In this document: positions 13,244-26,839 of the stretch, piece after piece
How positions within the stretch are numbered: the first letter of the stretch is position 1
Layout of the letters: every line of letters begins with the position of its first letter
Origin: Pseudogymnoascus verrucosus
Lineage: Eukaryota
Assembly: GCA_001662655.1 (NCBI GenBank)
Contig: KV460216.1
Length of the DNA: 64,000 bases
Strand: one strand, 5' to 3'
Position numbers and translations under genes: made by a program
The notes under the pieces: model-generated
Seen by the model: the letters and a program-made list of their open reading frames with translations, nothing else
Databases searched by the model: none
Told to the model about the DNA's origin: nothing

Positions 13244-15037
13244 ATGGCCGAAGAAAGCAAACTCATAGACACGACAGCGCCCCAAGAGGCACCGGCCTCG
13301 TCCGCCCCCATCGCGGCCACCGAAGACGCCTCCTCCGGCTCCGAAGACGATGCCCCACCATCCACCTCCACCGACCCCAACGCCGCCCCCAAAAAGAAAT
13401 CCAAGAAGAAGCGCTCGAAGAAGGACCGTCTAAAGTCCGCCGTTGGCCTCGCCTCGAAGGATGATAAGCCCGGCGAGAGCAGCAGCGCTGCGGACCATAA
13501 CCCCGTCAGCGCCTTATCCAAGTCGCAGCTCAATGAGCTGTTGCTGATGAACCCCGCGCTTGCCCGCGAGGTGGGTCTCAAGGATGGTGAGGAGGCGACG
13601 GGGACGGCTATCGAGGCGCTGAAGAAACTGAGTCTGCAGGATATTATGACGGGGTTGGCGGCGAGCGGGAAGAACGCCAAGGATATCGGGTCGTATAAGT
13701 TCTGGCAAACGCAGCCGGTGAGGAAGTTTGGTGACACGGGCGAGATTGAGGAGGGGCCATTCAAGGTTATTGATCCGGAGAAGGTTCCCAAGGAGCCGGC
13801 GACGATGATGGAGGGGTTTGAGTGGGTTACGATGGATTTGGAGAAGGATGAGGAGCTGCAGGAGGTGTTTGATTTGTTGAATGGGCATTATGTTGAGGAT
13901 GAGGAGTCGACGTTCCGGTTCAACTACTCGAAGTCGTTCCTCAAGTGGTGAGTAATACTACTAATTTCAAAATACATCGCTAACATCAACTTTCAGGGCA
14001 CTTCAAGCACCGGGCTGGAGGGCAGAGTGGCACGTCGGTGTCCGCGCCTCGAAGTCAAGGAAGCTCGTCGCATTCATCTCTGGTGTCCCCGTCGCCTTAC
14101 GAGTCCGCCAAAAGGTGCTAAAGGCCACCGAGATCAACTTCCTCTGCATCCACAAGAAGCTGCGCGCGAAGCGCCTCACACCCGTTCTCATCAAGGAAAT
14201 TACACGTCGCTGCTACCTGCTCGGCATCTTCCAGGCCATCTACACTGGTGGCGTGGTACTGCCAACACCAGTGAGCACGTGCAGGTACTTCCACAGATCG
14301 CTGGATTGGATGAAGCTGTATGAGGTTGGTTTCAGCCCGCTGCCAGCGAAGAGCAAGCCATCATACCAGGTCTCAAAGTACCGCCTGCCGGAAAACACAA
14401 ACACCAAGGGTCTACGCCCGATGGAGGCTAGGGATATCGATGCCGTTCTGGACCTGTTGAAGCGCTACTTGGCGCGCTTCGATATGGCGCCTGTCTTTAC
14501 GAGAGAGGAGGTTGAGCACTGGCTCCTCCAGAAGAAACTAGATACCCCTACTAAGGACCAGGTCGTTTGGTCATACGTGGTCGAAGTAAGTTCACTCTAA
14601 ACCTACAGCTTTCAGTCTCTAACATATCCCAGGACCCCCAAACCAAGAAGATCACCGACTACTTCTCCTTCTACTCCCTCGAGTCCACCGTCATCGACCA
14701 CCCCCAACACGAGGTTGTCCGCGCAGCCTATCTCTTCTACTACGCCACCGAGACCGGGCTGACAATACCCTTCGACAAGCCCGCCCTCAAGGTGCGCCTG
14801 AACGCGCTAATGAACGACTGCCTCATCCTCGCCAAGCGGTACAAGTTCGACGTCTTCAACTCGCTGACTCTGATGGACAACGTGCTGTTCCTTGAGGACC
14901 AGAAGTTCGGGAAGGGAGACGGACAGCTGCATTATTACCTGTATAACTATAACGCGAATCCGATTGCGGGTGGGGTGGATCGGAGGAATGAGATCGATGA
15001 GGCGGGGATGAGCGGGATTGGTGTTGCGATGTTGTAG
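13244..15037 (+). CDS. NMT1: Glycylpeptide N-tetradecanoyltransferase (N-myristoyltransferase)
   Basis: [67 protein letters not shown]; two introns. Confidence 0.97.
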
Positions 15038-15435
15038 GGGGGGTGTGGGTTGAGCCTGGGATGGAGAATAGGAGCATAGCATGATCAATGGGATTTGGAC
15101 AAAATGTATTAGGTCAATTGATGGACTTGATATCTAACCTCGAGAAGTTTTCTCGTAACTCGTTCAAACTCAAGTGCACCTCCGTTCTCAACCATGTGAA
15201 GATCTTGTCAGGTATCATTCCGAGTAGTACACAATAAAGTGTACATTCTCGTCATTAAATCATTTCATGTCGTCTAATCGTATACTGAGATCGAGCTAGA
15301 ACCATCAATGTCGCTCAAACAATCTTGGTACATCCCCATCCGCGCAACTGTATGCCTTTACATACTCCCAATTGCGGCCCTGCCCCAACTGACTATTAAT
15401 TACATATAGCTCGCCCTTCACCAACCCACACACCC

Positions 15436-16515
15436 CTAAAAAAAATCCTGATTAACCCACGCCGCCGAATCGCAAATCGGCTCCTTCTGAACCGCAAACC
15501 CCTCCCCCCCAGCCGCCTGCCTATTCGACGTATACCCAAAGCACTGTCCGGGGAACTCATTATTGTCAAACGTATTCCGCCAGCAGACAGCATTACACAC
15601 AGCCGCCTTGCCCGCCTTGATATCAGCCCTGATCTGCACGTTATAGGCGGCGCAGAGGTTGATGCAGTCATCCAAGCTCTTGGTAGCAACATTGACGACG
15701 GTACTCCCGAGATCGTTGGGATAGGAGAGCCCGCAGATCTTCCGGAAGGACATGACGGAGCCGATGTCGACGGAGTAGAGGGTGTTGTTGGAGGAGGGGC
15801 AGTCGCTGAGGAGGGTTGCGGAGGGGCCGCGGATTTCAGTGGTGGTTAGGGAAAGGGTGGTGCTTGTGGGGGAGGGGGTGGTTGTGCTGGAAGGCGCGGA
15901 CTTGGATTTTGTAGGTGAGGTTTGGGAGGGTGTGACATTTGACCCTGGAGGCGAGGTTTCCGAGGGCGTAGACTTCGACTCTGTAGGCAAGACTTCCGAG
16001 GCGGAGGTCACTGCTGGTAAAACCGTTGGTGACGAGCCCGCCCTATCTCCGGTTTGGGCCAACACAGAGGAGGATGAAGAACTTTCGGCGTTGATCGCGT
16101 CCCTGCTATTTTTAGCAGCGAGGCTCCCTCCTACGCCTCCGGCCACGGCACCCACGACCACAATTGCAATTATCACAGTGAGGAATATCCAAAAAGTTCG
16201 CGGCGCAAGACCGCAGATGATGCGATCTGGAGGCGGTGGCGGAGACGGCGCATTCTTCTCGAGATAAGGCTCGATTCCCGAGTAATACTTGGGATGCTGG
16301 GCCTCGAGTCCTGTGTAATCCGGGTCATGGAGCCCAGAAAGACCAGGGAGCTGGAGCCCCGAGGAGTCGGGTGCTACGGATTGCAGCCCTGATGAGTCTG
16401 GTTGGTGTCTCGAGGATTCGGGCGCTTGGGGTTGGAGGTAGCTGCGTAATCGAGACCGTCGAAGGTCTAGGGGCTGGCCAGGAACCACTTCAAGATCGGA
16501 ATATGAAAGGACCAT
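15436..16515 (-). CDS. Single-TM protein with Ser/Thr stalk and C-terminal Cys-rich (PAN/apple-like) domain
   Basis: ICGL..TFWIFLTVIIAIVVVGAVAGGVGG TM; C-terminal CP..F...CG..Y...SLDDCINLCAAYN..CNAVCW; intronless ORF. Confidence 0.75.
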   Translation of the reverse strand: MVLSYSDLEVVPGQPLDLRRSRLRSYLQPQAPESSRHQPDSSGLQSVAPDSSGLQLPGLSGLHDPDYTGLEAQHPKYYSGIEPYLEKNAPSPPPPPDRIICGLAPRTFWIFLTVIIAIVVVGAVAGGVGGSLAAKNSRDAINAESSSSSSVLAQTGDRAGSSPTVLPAVTSASEVLPTESKSTPSETSPPGSNVTPSQTSPTKSKSAPSSTTTPSPTSTTLSLTTTEIRGPSATLLSDCPSSNNTLYSVDIGSVMSFRKICGLSYPNDLGSTVVNVATKSLDDCINLCAAYNVQIRADIKAGKAAVCNAVCWRNTFDNNEFPGQCFGYTSNRQAAGGEGFAVQKEPICDSAAWVNQDFF

Positions 16516-17587
16516 GTTGACTGACAATCGACAAATTTTTCACGAGGCCGAAGGCCTCTGCCTATATCTCAAAATAGTCCTAAGATAGCCGCTGTCAAAC
16601 CCTGCATTTTGACTGTCTAGTTTGAAAATCGCCTTTTAAGCTTTTGACGCCAAATCATGTCGTAGATCTACTGAAACACCAACATCCATACAGGTCCTGT
16701 AACAACCCAATGACACAGCTTACCGTCCCCATATCCACCCTTCAAATCCATAATTAGACCTCGAAGACGACGGGTCTGTTGTTTAAAGCGGTTGTATGTG
16801 TTTAAGGATAGGCTCTCGGCCGCTGGACCACTAGCCTAAATTGCGCCTCGGCGGTTAGAGGCGATTGGGGGCGCTTCTGGAGATTGGCACAAGCTGAAAG
16901 GCAGAAGGCATTCTGAAACTTTGCGGCGCTGTCAAGGGCATCTGTATTTCCGGGTAGGTGGATTGAAATCTGGGAATTAGTGGGATAGAGAGGCGAAAGT
17001 GTGTGAGATGAATCCTGAGGGTGAGAAGCGGCGTTTGTTTCTTGTGGAATTGCCAAGGCATCTGGACCTGCCTAGCGGGGGTGGGGCGCCCCATGAAGAA
17101 TGGGTGCCGGTCTATTTTAGGGAACATATTTGCGGGAGCGGGGTAGCTGTTGACAGGTACAACTGGGGCGGTGATGATGTGTCTCTTGACAAAGGGCGAA
17201 TTCAAATCTGTTTAAAGTCACTGTTAAAAATGTTAATAGTAGGGGCTTGTGCAATTATAGTGTGAATTAACGACTGTTATTTTATTGCGATTTAAAATTG
17301 GTGATTATAGCCTGGAATTATTTACTGTCGGGAATATCACTGATGAAATCAACCTTACGTTTGATTTTCCTCTTGAGATCATTATATTTCATTGTATTTT
17401 AGACTGATTCATAATCTTTTCCGCCAATTGTGTAGAAAGTAAATAGTGAACTATCAATGTTTCCAATGGTACCAGAGTAGTCGATACTGGAAACAAAGAC
17501 ACCATCAATATCCAATCCCATCTTTGGACGGGAGGTATTGCTGTTTAACCTGAGCAGCTGGTGAGCTGGGCTTCAACCACGCACGCC

Positions 17588-19075
17588 CTAATCCTTCACC
17601 TTGTAGAAACTCAATCTATCTCCATTCCCGCACAACTGGTTGTCATTGCCGCTGCAAGTCATGCTGCAGTCAGTGCCTTCAACCGCTCTGGCACCTGGAG
17701 TGATTGTATTTCCACACCAACACTCAGTGCTCCACTCAGTCCCAAAGTACGTGTAGCCATTACAGAAAGTAGCGCACGTCTCCAGCGTCATGTCATCGCT
17801 CCTGAGCATATCCCCCGTCAACGTACGCGATGACTGGAGATCAGTAACACAGCCTGTGTACTCGTAGTTGCCAACCGTAGTTGGTTGCTGGGGACCAGTC
17901 AGTGCGGAATTCACGTAGAGCGACAGACGGCGCGAGCCTCCGCATAGCTGCGATGCGTCTCCAGCGCAGGGGTAGTCGCACTCTCCCAATGGAGCTAATC
18001 CCCCTCCTGCTGGCCCAGTGCCGCACCAACACTCCTTGCTCCACTGGGTGCCGAAGTATGGGTAGGCGGCGCAGAAGGTGGCGCATTTCTCGTTAGTCAT
18101 GTCGTCGGCGGCGGTGGATTTGGCAGCGAATGAACGGCCGGCAGCTGGCTCGGCCCAGCAGTATACGAAGTCGTAGTCACCGACTGTTACTGGGCTGGTT
18201 GGGGTTGTAGGGACTCCAGTGTTCGTTGGTGGTGCGACGGTGGTTGTTGGTGGTGGAGCAGTAGTTGTTGGAACCACAGTTGAGGTTGGGGGCGGCGCTG
18301 TGGAGGTGGGAGGCGTGGCGGTACCAGTTGGGCTTATGCCATTGCGGAAAATCACCATCTCAACGGGCATAAATTCATTGTTGATCTCTAAGTAAGGCAG
18401 ACACAGGTGTCAGCAATAGTAACACATATTCCCCCATTTCTGGGGTCTTGAATTACTCCCGTGGGGTAAAGAAAAGTTAAAAGCAACTTACTGGTGTTTC
18501 CTGGGGGTGAGTAACGGAACTCCAATGTCCCGACCGCGTCCCGAATGCCGATCTGCCCACCAAGCACGGGCGGATCAGTGAGGCGAGCAACAAGTTTCAG
18601 GCGGATCTGCAGCTCATCTGTGTCTGGATCGCAGGCATACTCGCCCTTGAAGACAGCAGATGGGTGGTATTCACGTGCAGTCATGAACATCTTGGTCGTG
18701 TCATCTTGGTCGTTGTACTAGCAGGGTCGGTCAGCTTTAACATTGCTTGTCCCAGCTTCCCTAGGCCAATTGTGGAAATCTTACCTCCAGATCGATCACA
18801 GCGTGGATAGTATTGTAAATGAGACGGCCATTTTGAAGATATAGCACGTCGTTGGTCGCAACGCCTACAGGAGGCAGCACAAGATGCTCGTCGTCGCCAT
18901 TGGCCCTGAATCTCATGACCTTGTTGTGAACTGTGGGAATGCTCGGGTTCTGGACAACAATGCTGAACTTGTCAAGGATGGTGTCTCCCGGCGGCGTGGT
19001 AGGGATTGTACATGCTATCGAGCTGGCCACAGATCCAAGCAAAGCAAGGAGAAGGCTAGATGATGGACGAGGCAT
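17588..19075 (-). CDS. Secreted protein with two C-terminal WSC domains
   Basis: Signal peptide MPRPSSSLLLALLG; Pro/Thr linker; two MT.E.CATFC..Y.YFGT.WS.ECWCG..C...C.G..QLCG...RLS.Y repeats. Confidence 0.9.
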
Positions 19076-20212
19076 AATTGTTGATGTTGGCAGTAACGAT
19101 GTAGCCGTAAACAACGGCAACAGTAAGCTTACAAGCAAAGGAATACAACTCAATGGAAAGGGAAAACAGCTAACTACCATTACTTATAGGTCGTATTTAT
19201 CCCCTCCCCTTCCCTTCCGTCCCTGCTTGTCCTTGTCCGTCCCTGGCCGTCCCTGTCGCCTATAATTCTTTATCCAGTGACGTGGTGCCCTTTCGGTGGT
19301 GACGGCCGGTGTCAGCCGCAGCTTGGCGGCCCTAGCCAACGAATACGAAGCCGTATGCCGCCAAGACAATAGTCACGGATGCATGGCATATATTGATTGA
19401 TGCACCTTACAGATTATTATTGAAAATAGATCGGGAGGCAAGGTATTGGTAGTGATTATTCCGTTTGCTTAATGATGCCTACAAACGAGGCCAAAAAAAA
19501 ATGCGCTGTACCACCTACACGCAGGGCAATAATTCGTTATCGTCCCCTCGAGTCCCTCGTCACAAAATAAATTGGAAAGCCGCATGCGCTGAATCGCTTA
19601 GATGAGGTTGTCTCACAATCAGACGCAGACGGGGTTGATTTATGACTTGGACCCCCGTTTGCTGGGAATTTCCATCCGCATTCATACCCGTGGCTGCGAA
19701 CTGTCATTTTATCGGCTCGGCTTAAAGTTATTATAAGCTTACTACGGCTGTCACCCACACAAATAGAAGCTTCGATCTACGGCTGTTGTACCACCTCTAT
19801 TTTTTTAAATTACCGCAATATCAAATATTCTGTAACCAATATCTCATAAGCTGAAAGGCAGTGTGACAATACACGGTTCGCGTACATGAATTTCCACGTG
19901 GCTGAAAGTTCTGCAGATTTCCAGCGAGCGTGGAACACGCATACAAGCTCCATGTGCCACATATGTACCGCATTACTGGAAGTAAATCAAATATAGACCC
20001 CTACAGAATGTCAAATTTATTTGTATGGCGTTGCGTACAGCTCAAATGTGCAGCCGTACCAATTGAATGGCGTAGCTGTGATTACCTATCAGAGAGATAT
20101 AGACTATCTGCGTGATCTGAGCCGCACCGGTGTCACCCGAACCGTTACTGGTGCTATAGGTGTGACCGAAGCTCATAACATGCCTCGAACAACTTAATCT
20201 CGTGCTAATTAA

Positions 20213-20996
20213 CTACTTTGCCTTCGCCCTCGCCTTCTTTGCGAACTCTTCCGCACATGCTCTTTTTAAGATGACCCGTTTCGACAGCTCTCGCATTGCG
20301 TCGTCTTTAACCTTGGGGTTGGCAATACCAGTATACCGGGAACAAGAGACTTCTAGAAAAATAGCACCAATAGCTCGACTGAAGGCTTCTCCCTCTTCCG
20401 TAGTAACTTGGCGTGTTCGTGGTGATTTGGAGTCCATGTCTGAGACAGCAAGCACCATAACAGGAGGAGGCGGCCTTGCTTCAAGATGCCTCAGATGTAA
20501 CCTGCTCAGAAGCCTTCTCACCAAGCCGGGCTCAAAAGCGCTTTGTCCGGGTTTTGGGGTAGCTGCTTGTGGGATAAAAGAATTGCACGCTCTCTCGAAT
20601 ACAGATGGTAGCCCGAGAAAGCCCTGTCTCTCTGAGATGTGGTAAATGAAAATGACTGCCTCGCTGTTGCTGTTGCGCATGCCATATTCAAACATTGGCC
20701 CGCCTGCGGGACAATATTCCATTTGCATAAAAAGAGTTTTGTCGTTAATCGAAAATTGTCTGGATTCTTCGTAATTTTCAGTCGGATCAAAGAATGGTTT
20801 TTGATAGAATCCAAAGACGAGCTGCGAGATGTTAGAAATGTATTACATGTTAGACACTTGATGTTAGGGAGTGTACAGTATAAAACAGATCATAGCCTGG
20901 GTCGCGGGCTGTTACTACGGGTGTTAAGAACCTAAAAAAATTGTGGCTGTGTTGCCATTGGCGGACCATGTCCTCTTGAGTTGGGGTCAGCGGCAT
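20213..20996 (-). CDS. Divergent Ras-superfamily-like protein (probable pseudo-GTPase)
   Basis: Spliced frame gives FDPTENYEESRQFSIND (switch I-like), AVIFIYHIS, PPPVMVLAV, RQVTTEEGEAFSRAIGAIFLEVSC; G1/G3/G4 motifs degenerate. Confidence 0.65.
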
Positions 20997-21555
20997 TCTA
21001 TCAGCGGTTGATGCAAAAGGTTGGATTCTGTTCGTGTATGTTTTTTGATGTTGTTGTCACGACTAGATGATAAAAGATGGAAGACAGGTGGTGGGAGGTG
21101 GAAGGAGATGTAAGAAGTTAGTTGTTGGTTCGTTTTGGTTGCTTGATTTGGTTGGGTGTTGGCTGAAGGTTGAAACTCTAAAAGCTTACTCAGCTGAGAA
21201 CTTAGACTTTGGTGAGATCGGATTGGATATCTTTGTGCAATTATAAATTAGACGCATTTCAATCTTCAAATACTACAATAATTCGACGCATACACTGCGG
21301 CGATAAGCTTCGTGGGTGGTATAGCATCACGAAAAGTTATGCGTGGAGTTCTCACATCTGGCTAAGATTTGTTATCTTTGAACCGCTTCACAATGAGTAT
21401 GGCCCAATAAATGAGATAATAATAGAATTCCATGATTATCTATCCCTGTAGCTACAGTATTGACTTCCTCCATTCATTTCCTAGCCAAATTTCCAGTGTC
21501 GACTCAGTTGCAGCTCGACACCCTTACGGCCCATTTTATGGTATTGACAACTAAT

Positions 21556-22069
21556 TCAGCAGAGTCCAAGGTTGGCTATAATACCATGTGAAATTAGCAA
21601 CTATCCCCAATGTATATATATCATGTAGAAGAGACACAAGCTTACCAATAGAACAGGCGCTTGAAGTATAGTAACCGCTGATGTAACAACCATGCTCTGG
21701 CATGTACTCCCAAGTGCTAAACATCATGTCAGCTTGTCGTCGGCATCATTACAATTCAAACTCACCAGTTGCCACTGACACACGTGCCCCTCTTATAGCA
21801 TTTGAAAACAAACTTTTCTCCGTTGAATGTCTGGCCAACTACTGGGTAGCTTGTGCCAGGCCCCGAGCGACAGTTCACAGTTGAAGAAACGTTGACGATC
21901 GAGCAGGTCGTGGCAGCGCGCTCAAAGATATCGCCTTCGCTTCGTTTCTCGCTGACAAAAATGGGGTGTTTTTCATCAGATGTCACTGCGTCGGAGCTTT
22001 TGCGACTGGCGAGGCAAGGGAGACGATGGGGAGAAGGAGGATAGCGAGAGTGGTAGCGGAGAACTTCAT
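21556..22069 (-). pseudogene. Small secreted SH3-like (bacterial SH3b-type) protein with a frameshift after the signal peptide
   Basis: MKFSATTLAILLLPIVSLA signal frame stops at TGA ~21983; the shifted frame continues to VNCRSGPGTSYPVV..FKCYKRG..GNCTWEY..GCYISGYYT..C; two canonical introns. Confidence 0.7.
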
Positions 22070-24036
22070 TTTGATGAGTGAGTTTGGGATAATGAGCAAG
22101 AGGCTGAATATGTTGATAGTGAAGTGATTGAAGTCGAACTGATGATGATTGATGGAGAGCTGGCGGAATGGTTGCTTTTATAATCATTTGCGAGCTTCTA
22201 ACAAATCTGTTTCTTAGTCGGAATTTATTCTCCCCTCAAACACAAGATACTCCGCGGAGTGAAGCTGGAGCTGGAACAAAGGAATTAGTAAATGAGGCAT
22301 GAAAATATGCACGTAAGAAATCTGTCCATGGTGGTTCTCCGGATCCCAGTTTCCTATCATGGTCACCGAATGTTGCCTCGAATATTATTTCCTATTCTGT
22401 TGTAAGATGTTTCTTGGAATCTCTTGAAGATAGCTGCTTTGTGGTTTCTGCCGGCCTCCCATATTGCTTGGCTATTCTTTGAAATGTATCTAATTAGATC
22501 ACAATTAACTTTCGTTGCATACTTCTTGGGTGTTGGTAACCTTTCGACCCTTGCCTCGAAGTACAGAGAAACATTCTTAACCTTTTCCGAGTCTCACGTG
22601 GTATAAACAGTTGTCAGGCAGGCATATAGGCAGGCCGATCTTATATTCTGCGTACGCGTTTTCTCCCATCAAGATACCCAAACGCAACACAAGACGGCCA
22701 CTTATTATTCTAGAAACTCGATCTGACACAAACTGGTCTAGTAATATTGATGATATATTGCAATTAGGTCATAATGAACCATACCGGACATGAGAGTCGC
22801 ATTTCTCGCATTGACTATCAGAATTTGGTGCGTTAACCATGGGAAGATGCGCCTCCCCCGAGCAGTCTAATATATTAAAGTGTGGCATCTCGGTTCAAAG
22901 CTAATCCTTGGCCTGCAGCGGCAATGACGGCACCAACCATTTCCTACCGAGCACTTAGTTTAGGCCGAACTTGGAGCATTTGCTGACACGTAGAAACCAG
23001 TGAGGCGTGAGATGCGGGGAAGAACGCGTCGACTCAATAAGATGTGGAGAATGGAAGCGCCCGACAGGGATAAAGCGCGGGGAACAAATTACCAAGTCAT
23101 GCAAGTACGTAGCCTTGCCTACTTTTAAAGACTAGTTTGCCTTTTTGTTGATTTACATATGGATCGAATTACTTGGGATGCAGTGTACACGTTGGTCCCT
23201 ATCTATTATCCCGTTGGCTAATGGCTGGGATGTAAGACGGGCCAACTTAATAGAAGCCGCTCCATGGATATTCACTTCCAAGGCTAGCCCGAGGACCAAT
23301 ATTTTGAATGTGGCTCATTAGCAGAGTACTCTGATGCCGGTGACCCCTAGCTGTTTGGATGGAAGAGTTCCGAGGCCGTGCCGGATATCCGGGGGAGTGG
23401 GTGGTGGATTAGGAATGGTGAAGATACAGAGTTACGGTGCCTCCTTCAACAAAACGGCTAATGAATAGGCATAGAAATTGATCTTTTGTTGCGCCATTCT
23501 ATAAACTGTTAGGCCGCGCTCCTGGGTTAGTGGCGGCGCCACCCGCCGACGATCAATTATGGCGTGCAATGTGGAGACAGTGATCAACTCCATCACCACG
23601 TTTTTGTTCGCGTAATATCGTGAATTCAATCATTTAGGGTGTCACTTGGTGGGAATCTACAGAGTTTCAAAGATTCTGGGCACGGTTCGTCTGACAGAAT
23701 GCAGATTGTTGTTGAGCTCTTACACAGTCGAGGCTGGCACCATAATATGATTGATAATATAGAAACGTAATGTTAGTCTAGTCCGGAATGCCGTGTTTAC
23801 TACCAAGTATACATGGCAGGCCTGGGATCTGACGCAGTTGGTTTAATTCCCTGTAGAAGACAAGATGCAACATCAATTCCCCGATTTTTATGTAGCCGGG
23901 AACGAGCGGTCTCTCTTCGGGCCTATGCACATAAACCAACTTTAACCACTCCAATCAAGGCACCGCACAGCTCCCCAACCATAGGAACACAGCCACAGCA
24001 AATTCGCCGCCTCTCATTGGCGTTGATTTCGCTTTT

Positions 24037-25874
24037 CTACCTTGCTATTGTGTTTATATATGCGACTCCATCCTCTCGATCAGTGTCTGCTTCCACATAA
24101 CTTTTGTCTTTCCGAAACACAAAATTCTGTGGGGCTTTGCCATATTTCGGCCATTTGGCGATATTTGGAACTAGATTTCAAAGTCTATATTAGCCAATAG
24201 CCTATTACTGTGCAAATACAGAGGCTCTCGTAGATAGACTCACCACCGTGTCCATTAGGGTCGAGATCATGTGCAAACGAGGTCCACATTCTCATCACCA
24301 GGCGTGACAACTCGATATTCTCCGTGCTATTTCCAAGTGGCGTAAGATCCTGCTCTGGGTTGCCAAACACAAAGGGAATCTACATTTGGTAAGTGTGTAT
24401 TATATAATCCTTGTGGGGCTTTACTTCACCTCAGAGAAATGGTTGATTCCAATTGACGTTGTTGTATTATACTTGGGCGCATCCCACCTGTACGAATATA
24501 CATTGGACTTGAACTTGCTCATTTGCTTTGCCAGTAACCTTCGGGGAGCGAACATTGTGATATCGGTAGCCATGCTTTGGAAACGCTTGAATTGAAGGCC
24601 GTATTCCGGCCAGGTCCGGTTACCCCATCCGTACGGAGATCCGACGACAGGATCATTGGGATATCGTTTTAAGACTTCTTGGGCTTCGGGCTCTGTTAAA
24701 ACGTAACGTTTGGAGTGAGTAAGCTGCCAGATAGCATCCGAGTCCGTGTTGACCCCATTGACGCCGAAGCCCTCGTCAGTGTTTGTCCCAACAATTATTG
24801 GAATTTTTGCGAATCGCCCCGTTACCAACGACTCTTGGCCGTACCGTGGGATAAAAGTACCATCAAGAGCATGAAACCATTCGAGCCCCTGGTATGCCAA
24901 TGGGCCTATGATTTCTATCGGTACCTTGCGGAGGCATGCGAGTGAATCAGTCTGATTGCCACACCCTGTAGCAGTGGCAATTTTGTCATACATCGGCTGA
25001 TACCATGTAGTGCCATTCAAAGGCGGTCCAACGGATCCGCCGCTCTCCAGGATTGCAGCTCGAAACAGTCCTTCGTTGTTGCCATTGTAGGCATTGATAT
25101 GATCCCCGACGGAGTAGGCGCCAGCTGATTCTCCCCATATGGTGACTTTATCTGGGTCCCCGCCAAATGAAGAGATGTGTCGGTTTATCCACTTGAATGC
25201 GACGCGCTGATCTCGGAGTCCAAGGTTTTCATTGTGGCTTTCTGCTATCTCTTTGCTGTAGAGGAAACCAAAAGCGGCCAAACGATAGTTTATGGAGACT
25301 CCAATGACTGGTTTTTTGTTGAGAACAGACTGCTCAACAACGTAACTCAAGTTATATCTGTTTTTTGGTCAGCAAACTGAAATAAAATACATTGTTCAAA
25401 CCGCTTCAATATTTGTGAATATTAAATTAAATAGAATAAAACGATTAAATATCGGAATTAATATTACCTTGGATCGCTTGTTGCGCCCTGCGTCCAACCG
25501 CCACCATAAATCCATAAAAGAACCGGCAGTCCTTTGCTCTCACCAGCTGGCTTCACAATATTTAAGTTCAGGCAATCTTCTCCCAAGGTGGTAAAACCAC
25601 GGGAAACCAATTGGTCAGTGTCTGATCCAATGCCATAGCAGTCAGTTCCATAATTGCTAGCATTAAAATGGGTCTTTGGCGAGTCGTGATTGAGGACAGA
25701 GGGCGTAAACCGGACTGGCTCCGGTGCAAATTTTATGCCCAGAAATGCATCTTGGTTAAAGTTTGACAGGTGCCGACCATGATAAATCCCAGCACGGGAG
25801 TGGACCACTGGCTCCACGGGCAAGCTCCAGACAGAAGTGGCAAAGGCAAGGATTAATAACCGCTGCAGAAACAT
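24037..25874 (-). CDS. Secreted type-B carboxylesterase/lipase (COesterase)
   Basis: EDCLNLNI, WIYGGG, NYRLAAFGFL, GGDPDKVTIWGESAG, GTNTDEG, HFSE; signal peptide; 3 introns. Confidence 0.93.
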
Positions 25875-26839
25875 TGTACGAAACAATTCACGGGTTATAT
25901 AATGGCCAATTCCGTCGAGATGGTACTATGAAAAACATGCTGATCAAATCGTGAAATGTAGGTTCTTATGATAAACTTACGCCGGAGCTAAACTCATCTC
26001 TCGGCAGAATGAAGTAGCTTATTCCTTAGTTTGCGGGGTTTGGTAGGAGCATCCATTTCCCACCAATGAGACAACCTCTCATAACGGCATCAGTGCATCC
26101 AGCTGGCTGGATGCACCATAGTTGAACAAAGTTGAGGTGAATTAACGGAATAAAGTAGCCCCAGGTATCTTCCCACTGTAATATATACGAAAAACTACCT
26201 TCGGGTGAAATTAATACGCCGTGGAAAAAAGTAAAACGTTTCTTTCCTTAATTTCATTGTTATTAATCTTATATTAATATTGCACTCGCATCGCAGGATA
26301 TAATCTACAGTAATTAATCTTAAAATCCAAATATTTTCTTTGGGTCGTTATTACATCCTCATTTTTCAAGTTATGGAATGTATGGATATGCTAGGACAAA
26401 GAAAATCCCGACCACCCTTGTGGTAATTTTGAAGCTTCTTAGCACAGCTGCCTAACGTCCGACGTGGCAGAGCGGGATCTTAAGCTTCTCATCTTCTTTT
26501 TCTTTAATATAAACGATTATAGCCCCAACATTAACTTTTGTCCCTGTCTGTGTTGAACAGCCGTCTCATCCAAACTATTGGGAATTAATCGGGAAATACG
26601 GTGTTCTACACCCAAAATAGGGTGATAATCTCCGGTATCCCGTACGATCCCACAGTGCAAACGGTGCCAGGGAGTATCACAAGTAAATACAGTATATAGA
26701 AAATATAAAATCGATTAAATTATCTACCTATCTTACTGGGCTACGTGGCTATATACTCGATTCCTAGGGGGTGGCTAAAACCCTGAGTTTTGACCTGTCT
26801 CACATCAGCTAGTTTGCTGAATCGGTAAAGCTAATAGGA

